In this document: one piece after another, positions 1-10,893 of the stretch | Layout: every line of letters begins with the position of its first letter | Numbering within the stretch: the stretch's first letter is position 1 | Virus record (IMG/VR): IMGVR_UViG_3300046786_000157 | Coordinates: 57,220-121,219 of that record | Strand: one strand, 5' to 3' | Length of the DNA stretch: 64,000 nucleotides | From: a virus | Made by a program: the position numbers and the translations under genes | The notes under the pieces: model-generated | What the model was told of the DNA's origin: nothing | The model's database searches: none | Seen by the model: only the letters and a program-made list of their open reading frames with translations

Positions 1-2
1 AC

Positions 3-494
3 ATTAGAAGTGGTACTGATTGGGGAGTAGTAGAGAACAATTTCTTAACAGCTAAGAAAACACCCTATATACACTTGCAAATGAATACTGTGTTAAGCGT
101 ATTCAATTGCTTAACTATACACGAATTCTATCAATATTTGATAGACAAAGAACTATATAAGCCCAATGATAATATCTATAGCTTATATAACATGTCTACC
201 CCTGAACATCTATCATGTCATATCTTGCCCTCAACGTTGAAAGAGCGCGGTAAGTTAAGCATTCAGAATGCTATGAAAGTAATGAGTGACCATAAATTTA
301 CTCAGGGTAAAATAAATGAACTAGAAAAGTCAATTGGTTGGATTTACGCAAGAGATACATGGGAAGAACAAAAGACAAAGTTCCAACAAGAATTGATGAG
401 ATTAGATAAAATTCGAGGTGAAAGCTTTGAAAGAACATTCCCTGAATTGAGAGAGCTATTACCATTTAACAGAAAAAGATTATTTCCTATATGA
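3..494 (+). CDS. Radical SAM family protein, C-terminal part (gene starts left of window)
   Basis: Frame is open from base 3 (IRSGTDWGVVENN), matching LRSGTDWGVVESN of the next paralog; ends with the family motif RLDKIRGESFERTFPEL. Confidence 0.8.
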   Translation: MRSGTDWGVVENNFLTAKKTPYIHLQMNTVLSVFNCLTIHEFYQYLIDKELYKPNDNIYSLYNMSTPEHLSCHILPSTLKERGKLSIQNAMKVMSDHKFTQGKINELEKSIGWIYARDTWEEQKTKFQQELMRLDKIRGESFERTFPELRELLPFNRKRLFPI

Positions 495-1729
495 CAATTA
501 ACTTAAACAAAGAATATTTGCTGAATGAAAGCAAAGTGTTTTGTATGTTCCCGTGGATGCACTTGAACGTAACACCAAAGGGAGATATCTACCCATGCTG
601 TTCAAATGATTACACAAAGCCCTACGGAAACACTAAGGAAATGTCATTGAAAGAAGCCTTCAATACTGATAAGATGAAGGAATTACGTTTGGATATGTTA
701 AATGACAGACCAAATTCAATGTGTGATTTCTGCTACAAACACGAAGATTCAGGCCCTCATTCATTCCGTAACTATAGCAAAGAACAATTCAGTAAGCACT
801 TTGATGAAATTGTGCCCACTACATTAGAAGACGGTACAGTCCCTGAATTTAAAATGCACTATTTTGATATTCGCTTTAGTAATATCTGTAACTTCAAATG
901 CAGAACATGTGGCTCTGAATTCAGTAGTCAATGGGGAGCAGAAATGCGAGCCAATCATGATCCAAAACACCCTATTGTAATTCATGCTGATTCAAAGGGT
1001 AACTTGTTGAATGAAGTATTAGAACATGTAGAACATATCGACCTAGCGTACTTTGCAGGTGGCGAACCAACACTAACCGAAGAGCATTACATTATGCTTG
1101 AGGAAATGATTCGCAAAGGCCGTACTGACATTACATTACGCTACAATACTAACGCTAGTAATATCAAGTTCAAAGACTATGATTTGTTAGACATGTGGAA
1201 ACACTTTAAGAAGATTGAATTAAGTTGCTCAGTAGATCATTACGGTGAACGTGCTGAATGGTTGCGTAGTGGTACTGATTGGGGCGTTGTTGAAAGTAAC
1301 TTACTAAAGTTTAGAGACTTAGAATATGTTAGTTTCCAGATGAATACTGTATTCAGTATCTTTAATTATAGCACAATTGGTGAATTCTATCAGTACCTGA
1401 AAGATAAGGGAATTGTACGTAGAGAAGACTGGTATCACAGTCTATATCTTGCAGTACATCCTAGCTATTACTGTGCAAAATCATTACCTAAATCATTGAA
1501 GATTGAAGCCGCAAGTAAAGCAATGGCATGGGCAAACAATAACACACAAGATGGAACAAGCTTATCACGACTAATCACAGACGCTGTTAACTTTGCATCT
1601 AGTAGTGATACCTGGCAAGAAAACAAAGACATTTTCATGCAACACACAGGTTCAATTGATAGAATTAGAAATGAAAGTTTATGGAAAACTTTCCCCGAAT
1701 TAAATAGCTTGAGAGACTTAACAGAATAA
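491..1729 (+). CDS. Radical SAM protein with N-terminal SPASM/Twitch-like Cys cluster
   Basis: CNFKCRTC motif, FAGGEP; N-terminal FCxxPW..PCC..CDFC. Confidence 0.9.
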   Translation: MTINLNKEYLLNESKVFCMFPWMHLNVTPKGDIYPCCSNDYTKPYGNTKEMSLKEAFNTDKMKELRLDMLNDRPNSMCDFCYKHEDSGPHSFRNYSKEQFSKHFDEIVPTTLEDGTVPEFKMHYFDIRFSNICNFKCRTCGSEFSSQWGAEMRANHDPKHPIVIHADSKGNLLNEVLEHVEHIDLAYFAGGEPTLTEEHYIMLEEMIRKGRTDITLRYNTNASNIKFKDYDLLDMWKHFKKIELSCSVDHYGERAEWLRSGTDWGVVESNLLKFRDLEYVSFQMNTVFSIFNYSTIGEFYQYLKDKGIVRREDWYHSLYLAVHPSYYCAKSLPKSLKIEAASKAMAWANNNTQDGTSLSRLITDAVNFASSSDTWQENKDIFMQHTGSIDRIRNESLWKTFPELNSLRDLTE

Positions 1730-1730
1730 T

Positions 1731-3002
1731 ATGCAAGATCCAATCGTAGTAGAAAATTTAGTTAAACACGGAAAGCACTTCTGTGTATTGCCCTGGGTAC
1801 ACTTCCATTCATGGCCTGACGGTCGTGTAATGCCCTGTTGTATTGCTGACAGTAACAAACCAGTTGCTAATATCAACAATAACGAATCCGTTATTCAAAT
1901 GATGAATAGCGAAGATTACAAAAAGATGCGTACTAGTATGCTTAACGATGAACCCGTCGAAGCATGTAAGCGTTGCTATGACTTAGAATTGATGGGCACA
2001 TGGACAATGCGCCAAAGTCACAACAAGCGTAGAGGATTAGACTACGTTAAAGACATTAGCGAAACTACAAAAGATGACGGTGAAATCACTGAATTCAAAA
2101 TGAAGTATATGGATTTGCGCTTCAGTAGCATTTGTAACATGAAATGTCGTAGTTGTGGTCCAGGTTGTTCTAGTCTATGGGCGCAAGAGTTTGTAGACAG
2201 AATGGGTACAGACGAATATGAGAAGTATTTTGGTACTAGAAAGATTGTGATTAATGCGTCAGAAGAAATGAGCTTTATGAACAAACTAAAGCCATACTTG
2301 AAAGACGTATTAGAAGTATACTTTGCAGGTGGTGAGATTATTATCACACCTGAACACTATGAATGTCTTGACTATTGGATTGAGAACGGGTTGAATGAGC
2401 AAATTGAATTAACTTATACAACAAACTTTAGTTCATTGAAATTCAAAGACAAAGACTTGATCGGTTATTGGAAGAAGTTCCCCAAGCTTAAGATTTGGGC
2501 TAGCTTAGATGCTGATGGTGACGTAGCAGAATTAATTCGCAAAGGTACTGATTGGGATCGAATTGTAAAGAACATTAGAGCAGTTAAAGAACAAGTTCCT
2601 CATGCTGAGTTTCAGATTACTCCTACAATTAGTATATGGAATGTGTTTGACTTCCCTGACTTCTTTGACTATATGTTAGATGAAGGGTTTATTGATACTA
2701 AGAGTAGCCCACGATTCAATTTAGCAACTAATCCGTGGTATGCAAATATCATGATTCTACCTAAACACGTTAAGCGTAGACTAACTGAATTGTATCGTAT
2801 CTATCAGGATCGTTACAAAGACAACCCTGACATTCACAATGGATTCAAAATGATTATCTACAATTTGAATGTGGGTGAAGAAAACAAAGGTGGCATCTTA
2901 GAATTCAAGAAATTCAATGATGAATTAGATCAGTTTAGAAAAGAAAAGATAACAGATGTTATCCCAGAACTTAAAGAGGTGTACGAGTGGGCAGAAAGTT
3001 AA
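1731..3002 (+). CDS. Radical SAM protein with N-terminal SPASM/Twitch-like Cys cluster
   Basis: CNMKCRSC, FAGGE; N-terminal FCVLPW..PCC..CKRC. Confidence 0.9.
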   Translation: MQDPIVVENLVKHGKHFCVLPWVHFHSWPDGRVMPCCIADSNKPVANINNNESVIQMMNSEDYKKMRTSMLNDEPVEACKRCYDLELMGTWTMRQSHNKRRGLDYVKDISETTKDDGEITEFKMKYMDLRFSSICNMKCRSCGPGCSSLWAQEFVDRMGTDEYEKYFGTRKIVINASEEMSFMNKLKPYLKDVLEVYFAGGEIIITPEHYECLDYWIENGLNEQIELTYTTNFSSLKFKDKDLIGYWKKFPKLKIWASLDADGDVAELIRKGTDWDRIVKNIRAVKEQVPHAEFQITPTISIWNVFDFPDFFDYMLDEGFIDTKSSPRFNLATNPWYANIMILPKHVKRRLTELYRIYQDRYKDNPDIHNGFKMIIYNLNVGEENKGGILEFKKFNDELDQFRKEKITDVIPELKEVYEWAES

Positions 3003-3955
3003 TCGCAATTGAAGCCCCAGAACCGTACATTGCAGTAACATGGCAAGTTAACAACTATTGTAACTTCAAATGCAGTTATTGCAACCCGGGCAATTGGGGA
3101 GGAGAGAATCCTAATGATGGTAACTTAGACAAGTACATTGAGAACTTGGGAGTTATCATCAATCGCTATAAAGAAGTAGGGTATAAGAACTTTAAATTCT
3201 TCTTTAGTGGTGGAGAACCTACAGCTTGGCGTAACTTTATTCCTATCTGTGAATGGTTAAAACAAGAGATCCCTGATTGTACTCTCGCAGTCAATACTAA
3301 TCTAAGTCGTCCGTTAGCTTGGTGGCAGAAACATTATCATTTGTTTGATGACATTGTTGCAAGCTTTCACGTTGAATTCAGTAACAAAGAAAAGTATAAA
3401 GAAAACAATATCTTCTTATGTGACAAAGTGAACTATCTTTGCACAAAGATGCTGATGCATGAAGAAAGATTCTGGGAGATCGTTGAGTACGGTGAGCATT
3501 TGAAAACAGTAATGCCTAATTACGTATTAGAATGGACTCCGTTGTACGATGAATTGAGCGTGAATGCAGGTCCATGGCAGTATAAAGACCCTGAGAAAGA
3601 AAAGTTCCTCAATGAACACAACACTGAGATGAACTTTACAGTTGACAAACCCTACAATCCTAGCAAATGCGTAAGCTATAACAGATACGAAGATGATTAT
3701 GTTTGCCCAACAAACAGTAATGAAATCATTGTAGACCGACAAAACTTCTTTAGTGGGTGGCAATGTAATGTGGGGGATAGTATTTTTATCAACCCTACAG
3801 GTCTTGTGAGCTTTGCAAGTTGCGGAATGGGTGGCATTGTAGGGCATATTTTAGAAGATGTAAGCAATATTGGTCCCAAGAAGATTACATGTAGAAAAGA
3901 ACATTGTATTTGTGGAACTGATATTATCATCCCCAAAGTTATGAGCAATAAATAA
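2987..3955 (+). CDS. Radical SAM protein with C-terminal Cys cluster
   Basis: CNFKCSYC, FSGGEP; C-terminal C..G..C..CRKEHCIC; GTG start. Confidence 0.88.
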   Translation: MGRKLIAIEAPEPYIAVTWQVNNYCNFKCSYCNPGNWGGENPNDGNLDKYIENLGVIINRYKEVGYKNFKFFFSGGEPTAWRNFIPICEWLKQEIPDCTLAVNTNLSRPLAWWQKHYHLFDDIVASFHVEFSNKEKYKENNIFLCDKVNYLCTKMLMHEERFWEIVEYGEHLKTVMPNYVLEWTPLYDELSVNAGPWQYKDPEKEKFLNEHNTEMNFTVDKPYNPSKCVSYNRYEDDYVCPTNSNEIIVDRQNFFSGWQCNVGDSIFINPTGLVSFASCGMGGIVGHILEDVSNIGPKKITCRKEHCICGTDIIIPKVMSNK

Positions 3956-3958
3956 ATA

Positions 3959-5269
3959 ATGTCTGAAAAAATTAAAGTCGTTTACAGTTGGATAGGACCA
4001 CGTGGTCCTATGATGAATACAGAGTTGCCAAACATACTGAGTATGGCTGCAGTTGCTACAGGTGCAAATACATCTAGTCACAACTTTTGGGCTGATAACA
4101 TTTGGCATGTAATATTCAATAACCCTGATGAAAACTATACATTATCGTCATCTATGATGATAGATGATAGAGATACATATATCTTCCCGTTCACATTAAC
4201 ATGGCGTATTCCATTTGAATCATATTTCTTACCTAAATCGGGTATTATGGAATTCTCGCACTGCCCACAGCATATCATTCATCATGTTAGAAATAGCAAA
4301 GGATATTTCTTACTAGACATGAGCGCAGAAGCTTATGTTAAGGATCAGCAATTAGATTTGATGCATTCTTACTTTAGATATCACAACGGTATCCCAATGA
4401 ACAAAATCATATATCTGACAGGGTGTATGAATGCACAAGAATTGTATGATGATTATTGCAACAGACGAGGAATTGATATACATGATAGAATGATTCTATT
4501 ATCATTCCCTATATCACAAGATGCATTAGCATTGCATTTAGGATCTAATCCACCTGTACCTGAATATGATGTTAACAAGATTCCTGAGAAGTTGTTCCTA
4601 ACATGGAACAGACGTTATCGCCCGCATCGCACAATGTTGGCTTTAGGATTAGAAAAATTAAATCTTATTGATAGATGTTATGTTAGCATGTGTAAACATG
4701 ATCCCGAAAATCGTGCTATCACTTTCGATAGTACAGTACATCCAAACATAATGACATATCTCAATCTGTCAAATGAAGACATTGATAGATTTGTAGCTAA
4801 GTTGCCGTTAATATTGGACGGCGAAACTAACGTCAATCAGATGTGTCAGGACTTTGATAATGCCGCACGTAATTACTATCAGAATAGCTTAGTAAGTATT
4901 GTAACTGAAACGAACTTTGACTTACCTGAACTAACGTTGACAGAAAAGTCATTTAAGCCTAGCAAAGAAAAACATCCGTTTATGATTATGGGTGTTCCTG
5001 GATGCTTGAAAGCATTGCGTGATTTTGGATTCAAAACATTTGGGGAGTTCTGGGACGAATCGTATGATGAGATCGGCGATCCTTATATTAGAATGAATGC
5101 CATACTAAAGATTTGTGATGATATTAGTAGATGGGACGAGCATAAGATACGTGACTTCAGAACTAAAGTAAAGCCGATATTGGATCATAACTATGAAGCA
5201 TTAAAAGTAAAGTCTAGTAGAATTGTTTCTAAAAGAATTAAACAAATAATTAACGAAAGATATCCATGA
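3959..5269 (+). CDS. Putative glycosyltransferase (GT10/alpha-1,3-fucosyltransferase-like C-terminal motif)
   Basis: SIVTETN..LTEKSFKP..HPFMIMG resembles the GT10 F.L.FEN..Y.TEK..PI..G motif; paralog of 6240..7313. Confidence 0.5.
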   Translation: MSEKIKVVYSWIGPRGPMMNTELPNILSMAAVATGANTSSHNFWADNIWHVIFNNPDENYTLSSSMMIDDRDTYIFPFTLTWRIPFESYFLPKSGIMEFSHCPQHIIHHVRNSKGYFLLDMSAEAYVKDQQLDLMHSYFRYHNGIPMNKIIYLTGCMNAQELYDDYCNRRGIDIHDRMILLSFPISQDALALHLGSNPPVPEYDVNKIPEKLFLTWNRRYRPHRTMLALGLEKLNLIDRCYVSMCKHDPENRAITFDSTVHPNIMTYLNLSNEDIDRFVAKLPLILDGETNVNQMCQDFDNAARNYYQNSLVSIVTETNFDLPELTLTEKSFKPSKEKHPFMIMGVPGCLKALRDFGFKTFGEFWDESYDEIGDPYIRMNAILKICDDISRWDEHKIRDFRTKVKPILDHNYEALKVKSSRIVSKRIKQIINERYP

Positions 5270-6243
5270 AAAAGATTGTAGTGTGTGGTGCAGGTGGATT
5301 CATTGGTACACATTTAGTAGAGAAATTAAAAGAGCAGGGACACTATGTAATTGGTGTCGACCTACATTACCCACTATATGATGAAACTAAAGCTGATGAG
5401 TTTATTATCGCTGATTTAAGAGTATATAGTAATGTTGACCACGTTATCCGTAGTGACGTTGATGAGATTTATCAATTAGCCGCTGACATGGGTGGCGCCG
5501 GGTATATCTTTACAGGTGAGCATGACGCTGATATCATGCACAATAGCTGCCAGATCAACTTAAACGTATTAGACGTTATGAAGAAGAAGGCTATTAAGAA
5601 GGTCTTTTACAGTTCTAGTGCATGTATGTATCCAAGTCACAATCAGGAAGATCCTGATAATCCTCTACTGAGTGAAGACAGCGCATATCCTGCTAATCCA
5701 GACAGTGAGTATGGTTGGGAGAAACTATTCAGCGAACGTCTATATCTTACATACGCACGTAACTATAATATTGATGTTCGTATCGCCCGCTTTCACAACA
5801 TCTTTGGCCCACGTGGGTCATGGAACAATGGTAAAGAGAAAGCCCCTGCCGCATTGTGTCGCAAAGTAGCAATGTGTGAAGAAGGTGGCATCATTGATGT
5901 TTGGGGCCCGGGTATACAAACACGATCCTTCTTATTCATTGATGAATGTATTGAGGGTATCCAACGTATCATGGAAAGTAATTGTACAGTCCCAGTTAAC
6001 TTAGGTAGCACACGTATGATATCAATCAACAATCTAGTATACCTAATTGCAAAGTTAACTAACAAGAATTTATCAATTAGAAACATTGACGGACCGCGCG
6101 GCGTTATGGGTCGTAACAGTGACAACAGATTAATAAAAGAAATGATTAATTGGGTTCCTGATGAAGACTTAGAAGCAGGACTAGTAAAAACATATGCCTG
6201 GATTAATGAACAGATTACGTTGAATAAACAGGACGTAGAATGA
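5266..6243 (+). CDS. NAD-dependent epimerase, GDP-mannose 3,5-epimerase-like
   Basis: GAGGFIG, QLAADMGGAGYI, SSACMYP, YGWEK. Confidence 0.85.
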   Translation: MKKIVVCGAGGFIGTHLVEKLKEQGHYVIGVDLHYPLYDETKADEFIIADLRVYSNVDHVIRSDVDEIYQLAADMGGAGYIFTGEHDADIMHNSCQINLNVLDVMKKKAIKKVFYSSSACMYPSHNQEDPDNPLLSEDSAYPANPDSEYGWEKLFSERLYLTYARNYNIDVRIARFHNIFGPRGSWNNGKEKAPAALCRKVAMCEEGGIIDVWGPGIQTRSFLFIDECIEGIQRIMESNCTVPVNLGSTRMISINNLVYLIAKLTNKNLSIRNIDGPRGVMGRNSDNRLIKEMINWVPDEDLEAGLVKTYAWINEQITLNKQDVE

Positions 6244-7313
6244 CAAGTTGCTATGTGATTCATCATCAACAAGCATACGACAATACATGGGATAAAGAAA
6301 TCAGTGAGATAAAAACACTAAACCCTGATAGAATTATTCTCGAATGCTTGGAAGAACAAGAATGGAATTACATATTTAGACATTTCTTAGACAACATATT
6401 GCCATGGGTTAGAGAACATAACAAAGTAATACAAGTATTAGCGCCCGATATCGGTAATGTTGTGATGGAACATGTAGAAGTTTATCCGACAGTCGGTGTG
6501 ATGCTAATGCAAGCAAATGATGTTGACAAGTGGATCAAGCAATCACATGATGCGGGTTTGGAAGAAAGATACATAGCTAAAAGATTTCCAAAAGTTCAAT
6601 TTCCATTGTTGTTTAATTGCTACATTAATAAATATAGCCTTGAAAGAAGGAAGCTTATTGATGCATTATCTAAAGAGAATTTATTAAATGAGGGTATAGT
6701 AACTTGTCACTTCACTGCGGGTGAATGGACTCATCATGATGGGTCTAAGATAGTAGACCCGGCTGAACCTGATTTTGAACTACACTCGAAACCCGAATAT
6801 AGGCCATCAGTATTACCTAGGAATTTCTTCAAAGGGTTCTTTGATATAGTCCCTGAGTCTCGTTACGCCAACAATGAGTTTATGATGACTGAGAAGACTA
6901 TCAAAAGCATTATTAATTATAAACCCTTTCTAGTATTGTCTTCTAAAGGATATCACAAAGAGTTCTTAGTTAAACGTATGGGGTATCAATTGTATGATGA
7001 AATGTTTGACTACAGCTTTGATTCATGTGATAACATTGATGACCGAATTGAAGGCATAGTAGAGAACATAAAAAGACTACGTGACAAATTATCAGGGCCA
7101 GCAGAATATGACAATAAATATAACTTAATGGTTGCTCTCTCTAAGAAATTGCATTACAACCGGGCTAAATTTTTTGATATCTTTTATGATCCTGATAAAA
7201 TAATACCCGAATGTTTACAATTTGTAAGAAAGACAGATGATTATAAATTCTATGGTAATACAGATGGGTTTTTGTTTCATCACATGAAACAAATGAATTG
7301 GATTAAATTATGA
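6240..7313 (+). CDS. Putative glycosyltransferase (GT10-like), paralog of 3959..5269
   Basis: DIVPES..MTEKTIK..PFLV..GYQLYDEMFDYSFD shared with 3959..5269. Confidence 0.45.
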   Translation: MTSCYVIHHQQAYDNTWDKEISEIKTLNPDRIILECLEEQEWNYIFRHFLDNILPWVREHNKVIQVLAPDIGNVVMEHVEVYPTVGVMLMQANDVDKWIKQSHDAGLEERYIAKRFPKVQFPLLFNCYINKYSLERRKLIDALSKENLLNEGIVTCHFTAGEWTHHDGSKIVDPAEPDFELHSKPEYRPSVLPRNFFKGFFDIVPESRYANNEFMMTEKTIKSIINYKPFLVLSSKGYHKEFLVKRMGYQLYDEMFDYSFDSCDNIDDRIEGIVENIKRLRDKLSGPAEYDNKYNLMVALSKKLHYNRAKFFDIFYDPDKIIPECLQFVRKTDDYKFYGNTDGFLFHHMKQMNWIKL

Positions 7314-8227
7314 AAAAATATATTGTAGGTATTGGATGTAGTTGGACACAAGGTGAAGGTGGCTATACTGAACAAGTATGGGAAGAGCATGGTGGCAGAG
7401 TCCAAGTCAGAGGGCGTGATGACTATTATCTGAGAAAGATGGAACATGAAAACAGTTGGGTCAATGTACTAGCTAAAGAACATTTTCCAGGATATGAAGC
7501 AGTTAATCTAGGGGCACGTGGTATAGGAAATCGTGCGGCAGTACATCAGTTGCATTTCTGTGATAAAATTGACTGGGCTAACAGTGAAGGCTATATCGTA
7601 TTGATGCTGAGTGGCTTTGAGAGATTTGACTTCTTCCAAGAACATCCATACCGCAACGGTGGACAAGATGACTTTTATAGTGACAATAACTATGTACACT
7701 ATAAGTGGAGAACAATGTGGCCTGTACCAGACAACGGTGGCCTTGAAGCTCCTTTATGGAATTGCTATGCTAAAATGCTATGGAGCGAACAGTTTGTTGC
7801 TAGCGAAGCTATGATGGCGTTACTTGATGCACAGACGTTTGCAAAAGCACATGGCTTTAAGTTGATTGTTGCAAATGCTTTCAATCAACATACACGTGGA
7901 GTTAGAACATATCTATCTGAGAATACCGGATCACTTGCTGAAAAGTTTGATTGGAATACATATGTACATGAATCCACAGACTATGTAGCCTTTATGCAAC
8001 ATTTAGTGACGCTAGACGGATTGATGAACCCTAGAGATTGGGGAGCATATCACAACTTCTATAGAGTCAGAGACTGGCCATCTAAATACTTAACTAACTG
8101 TGACGGCGCGCATCCTACATTATTGGGATACAAAGAAATTGCTAGTCAGTTAGCAAAATTTATAAAAGAAAAAGATGACAAAGAAAATAGTCAGTTTCGT
8201 CAATCCGAATTTTCAACAAGGCCCTAA
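7310..8227 (+). CDS. SGNH/GDSL-like hydrolase or acyltransferase
   Basis: GCSWTQG, NLGARGIGN, DGAHPT. Confidence 0.65.
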   Translation: MKKYIVGIGCSWTQGEGGYTEQVWEEHGGRVQVRGRDDYYLRKMEHENSWVNVLAKEHFPGYEAVNLGARGIGNRAAVHQLHFCDKIDWANSEGYIVLMLSGFERFDFFQEHPYRNGGQDDFYSDNNYVHYKWRTMWPVPDNGGLEAPLWNCYAKMLWSEQFVASEAMMALLDAQTFAKAHGFKLIVANAFNQHTRGVRTYLSENTGSLAEKFDWNTYVHESTDYVAFMQHLVTLDGLMNPRDWGAYHNFYRVRDWPSKYLTNCDGAHPTLLGYKEIASQLAKFIKEKDDKENSQFRQSEFSTRP

Positions 8228-10097
8228 AGAATTCAATGCGTTCTATCTGCCTTACAGCCCCGCTGTCCTATGGGCATACGTAGCACAATTTGAAAACATT
8301 ACAGACAATTATGAATTAGGTGAATTCATATGGCGCAGAGATACAATTGAAGAAGCAGTTGAAAGATTAAAAGATCATGCAATTGTAGGGTTCAGTACAT
8401 ACATTTGGAATCGCAGTTACAATACGGTGCTTGCACGTGAATTGAAGAAAGCTAACCCTGATATTCTAATTCTTGCAGGTGGGCCAGAGTATCCCATAGA
8501 GAAGCCTAACTTCTTTAAAACATACCCATTCATTGATATATGTGCTAAGTTAGAAGGTGAAAAATCATTCAAGCAGATCCTTGAACACTTCTTATCAGAC
8601 AAAGACTACAAATCTATTCCAGGATTACTAATTAACGATAACGGGAATACGATTGATACCGGCGATGCTGTACGTATTGACGACTTAGACACGATACCTA
8701 GTCCGTATCTAACAGATGTATTTAAAAGTCTCATGGATAAACATCCTGAGATACGATGGAATGCTACGTTAGAAACAAACAGAGGTTGTCCATACGCCTG
8801 TACCTTCTGTGACTGGGGTTCGTTAACATACAATAAAGTTAAGAAGTTTAATCTTGAACGTGTGTTTCATGAATTAGAATGGATCGGTAAGAACAAATGT
8901 GATTTCGTATCATTGACTGATGCTAACTTTGGAATCTTCCCTGAACGTGATAGCTTGATTGCAGACAAACTAATTGCTGTACAGAAAGAATACGATAATC
9001 CCAAAGCATATACAATTGCATGGGCAAAGAATCAAAAGCGTGAAGTTGTAGAGATTGTACGCAAATTGATTTACGAAGGTGGAAGTAAGATGGGTCTTAA
9101 CCTATCTGTGCAGAGTATGGACGATGATGTATTAGACATTATCAAGCGTAAGAATCTTGAAATGAATAAGATTCAAGAAGTATTTGAACTATGCGAAGAA
9201 TTTAACATTCCATTGTACACTGAATTGATTCTAGGCTTGCCTGGTGAGTCATTAACAACTTGGAAGCAGAACTTCTACAAACTATTCAAAGCAGGTAATC
9301 ATACGGGCATTACTGTATACCAAGCACAGTTGTTAGAGAATGCCGAGATGAACTTACTACAGCGTAAATTGTATCGTTTGGAAGGTCGTATTGTATATGA
9401 TTATCTAGTAGGAACGTACAACGAGCATGAATTGAAAGAGGGTATTGAAGTTATCGTATCTACTAAAGACATGCCCCGTGACGATATGGTTGAAGCTCAA
9501 GTGTTTAGTTGGTTTATGAACACATTTCATATTAATGGTATCACTAACTTCATTAGCAGATACTTGTATAAGCAGGGTACTGAGTATGAAGTGTTCTATG
9601 GTAAACTATTAGAACATGTACAGCTTGATCCATGGTTTAACAGTGAGATTGAAAGAATCAAAGAACATTATAGACGTTGGACTGACAACGGTTTAATCGA
9701 CCACGAGCCTATTCAGGGTATGGAGATTCACGGTTGGAATCTAATTCACTCTACAATGATTAACTTGCACGGACAGGGTAAGCACAAGCATGTATTCGAA
9801 GTAGTAGAAGAATTCATGCGTGATAACTTTGAACTAGATGAAGATATTTTACAAGAATTACTTACAATTCAAAAGACATTTGTGGTCAATCACAGTAGAA
9901 TCAGTGAATACCCATTGATTGTTGAATCTAAGCTTGACATTCTAGGATACATTCAACACGATACATCATTGAATACTCCAAGCAAATATGAATTTGACTT
10001 CCCCGAAGATAAAACAATGAGTCTGCAAAGATTTTGTGAACAGATATTCTTTGCACGTAGAAGAAACTTTGGTAAAGCTTGGGTAACTAAACAATGA
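8175..10097 (+). CDS. Cobalamin-binding radical SAM protein (class B methylase-like)
   Basis: VGFSTYIWN..GGP B12-binding region; ETNRGCPYACTFCDW. Confidence 0.88.
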   Translation: MTKKIVSFVNPNFQQGPKEFNAFYLPYSPAVLWAYVAQFENITDNYELGEFIWRRDTIEEAVERLKDHAIVGFSTYIWNRSYNTVLARELKKANPDILILAGGPEYPIEKPNFFKTYPFIDICAKLEGEKSFKQILEHFLSDKDYKSIPGLLINDNGNTIDTGDAVRIDDLDTIPSPYLTDVFKSLMDKHPEIRWNATLETNRGCPYACTFCDWGSLTYNKVKKFNLERVFHELEWIGKNKCDFVSLTDANFGIFPERDSLIADKLIAVQKEYDNPKAYTIAWAKNQKREVVEIVRKLIYEGGSKMGLNLSVQSMDDDVLDIIKRKNLEMNKIQEVFELCEEFNIPLYTELILGLPGESLTTWKQNFYKLFKAGNHTGITVYQAQLLENAEMNLLQRKLYRLEGRIVYDYLVGTYNEHELKEGIEVIVSTKDMPRDDMVEAQVFSWFMNTFHINGITNFISRYLYKQGTEYEVFYGKLLEHVQLDPWFNSEIERIKEHYRRWTDNGLIDHEPIQGMEIHGWNLIHSTMINLHGQGKHKHVFEVVEEFMRDNFELDEDILQELLTIQKTFVVNHSRISEYPLIVESKLDILGYIQHDTSLNTPSKYEFDFPEDKTMSLQRFCEQIFFARRRNFGKAWVTKQ

Positions 10098-10861
10098 TTG
10101 ACTATACAAAATACAAACGATTCTTTACATTTGGGTGTAGCTTCACTAGTTATATATGGCCAACATGGGCTGACCTTATAAGCAAAGAAATGCCTCAAGC
10201 AGAGTTCTTTAATTTAGGAAAGACGGGCGCCGGCAACTTATGTATATCATCCAAAGTAGCCGAAGCTAACAATAGATTTAAATTTACTGACACTGACTTG
10301 GTAATGGTTATGTTCTCTAGTTATACCAGAGAAGATAGATGGGTAGAATACGAATGGATGACAAAAGGCAATGTATACGTTAACAATGTCTACACCAATG
10401 ACTGGGTTAGAAAGTTCGCTGATGAACGTGGGTATTTGATACGTGATGCATCACTAATTGACCTGACTACTAGATACCTAAAATCCTTACCATGTGATTC
10501 ATATACTATGCTGAGTGTGCCGTTTAAAACAAATGCAGATTCACCTAATAGTGATAGCACTGCCCCGGACGATATACTAGAGGTATATGCAGATACCTTT
10601 AATAAGATGGGTCCGTCATTATTTGAATTATCACTTTTTGGGTGGACTACTGATTACAAAAAGTTCTCAGACGGTCACCCTTCTCCTATAAAGTATTACG
10701 ACTATCTAGAAAAGATAGGAATAACGTTGTCAGAATCAACAAAGCAATATGCATTAGATTCTACCCAAATACTAATTGAAGAAGAATCACGTGCATTAGC
10801 GCAAAGTAGGTTTCCCGAACAAGACGCTAATACAACCAAAGGGCAAAAATTAATGTTTTAA
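10094..10861 (+). CDS. SGNH-like protein
   Basis: FGCSFTS, NLGKTGAGN, DGHPS. Confidence 0.6.
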   Translation: MIDYTKYKRFFTFGCSFTSYIWPTWADLISKEMPQAEFFNLGKTGAGNLCISSKVAEANNRFKFTDTDLVMVMFSSYTREDRWVEYEWMTKGNVYVNNVYTNDWVRKFADERGYLIRDASLIDLTTRYLKSLPCDSYTMLSVPFKTNADSPNSDSTAPDDILEVYADTFNKMGPSLFELSLFGWTTDYKKFSDGHPSPIKYYDYLEKIGITLSESTKQYALDSTQILIEEESRALAQSRFPEQDANTTKGQKLMF

Positions 10862-10864
10862 CTG

Positions 10865-10893
10865 TTGCGTTATTAACTTAAATAACGTATAAT
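10865..10893 (+). promoter_or_regulatory. Sigma70-type promoter
   Basis: TTGCGT-N17-TATAAT, followed by AAGGAG and a TTG start at 10918. Confidence 0.7.
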
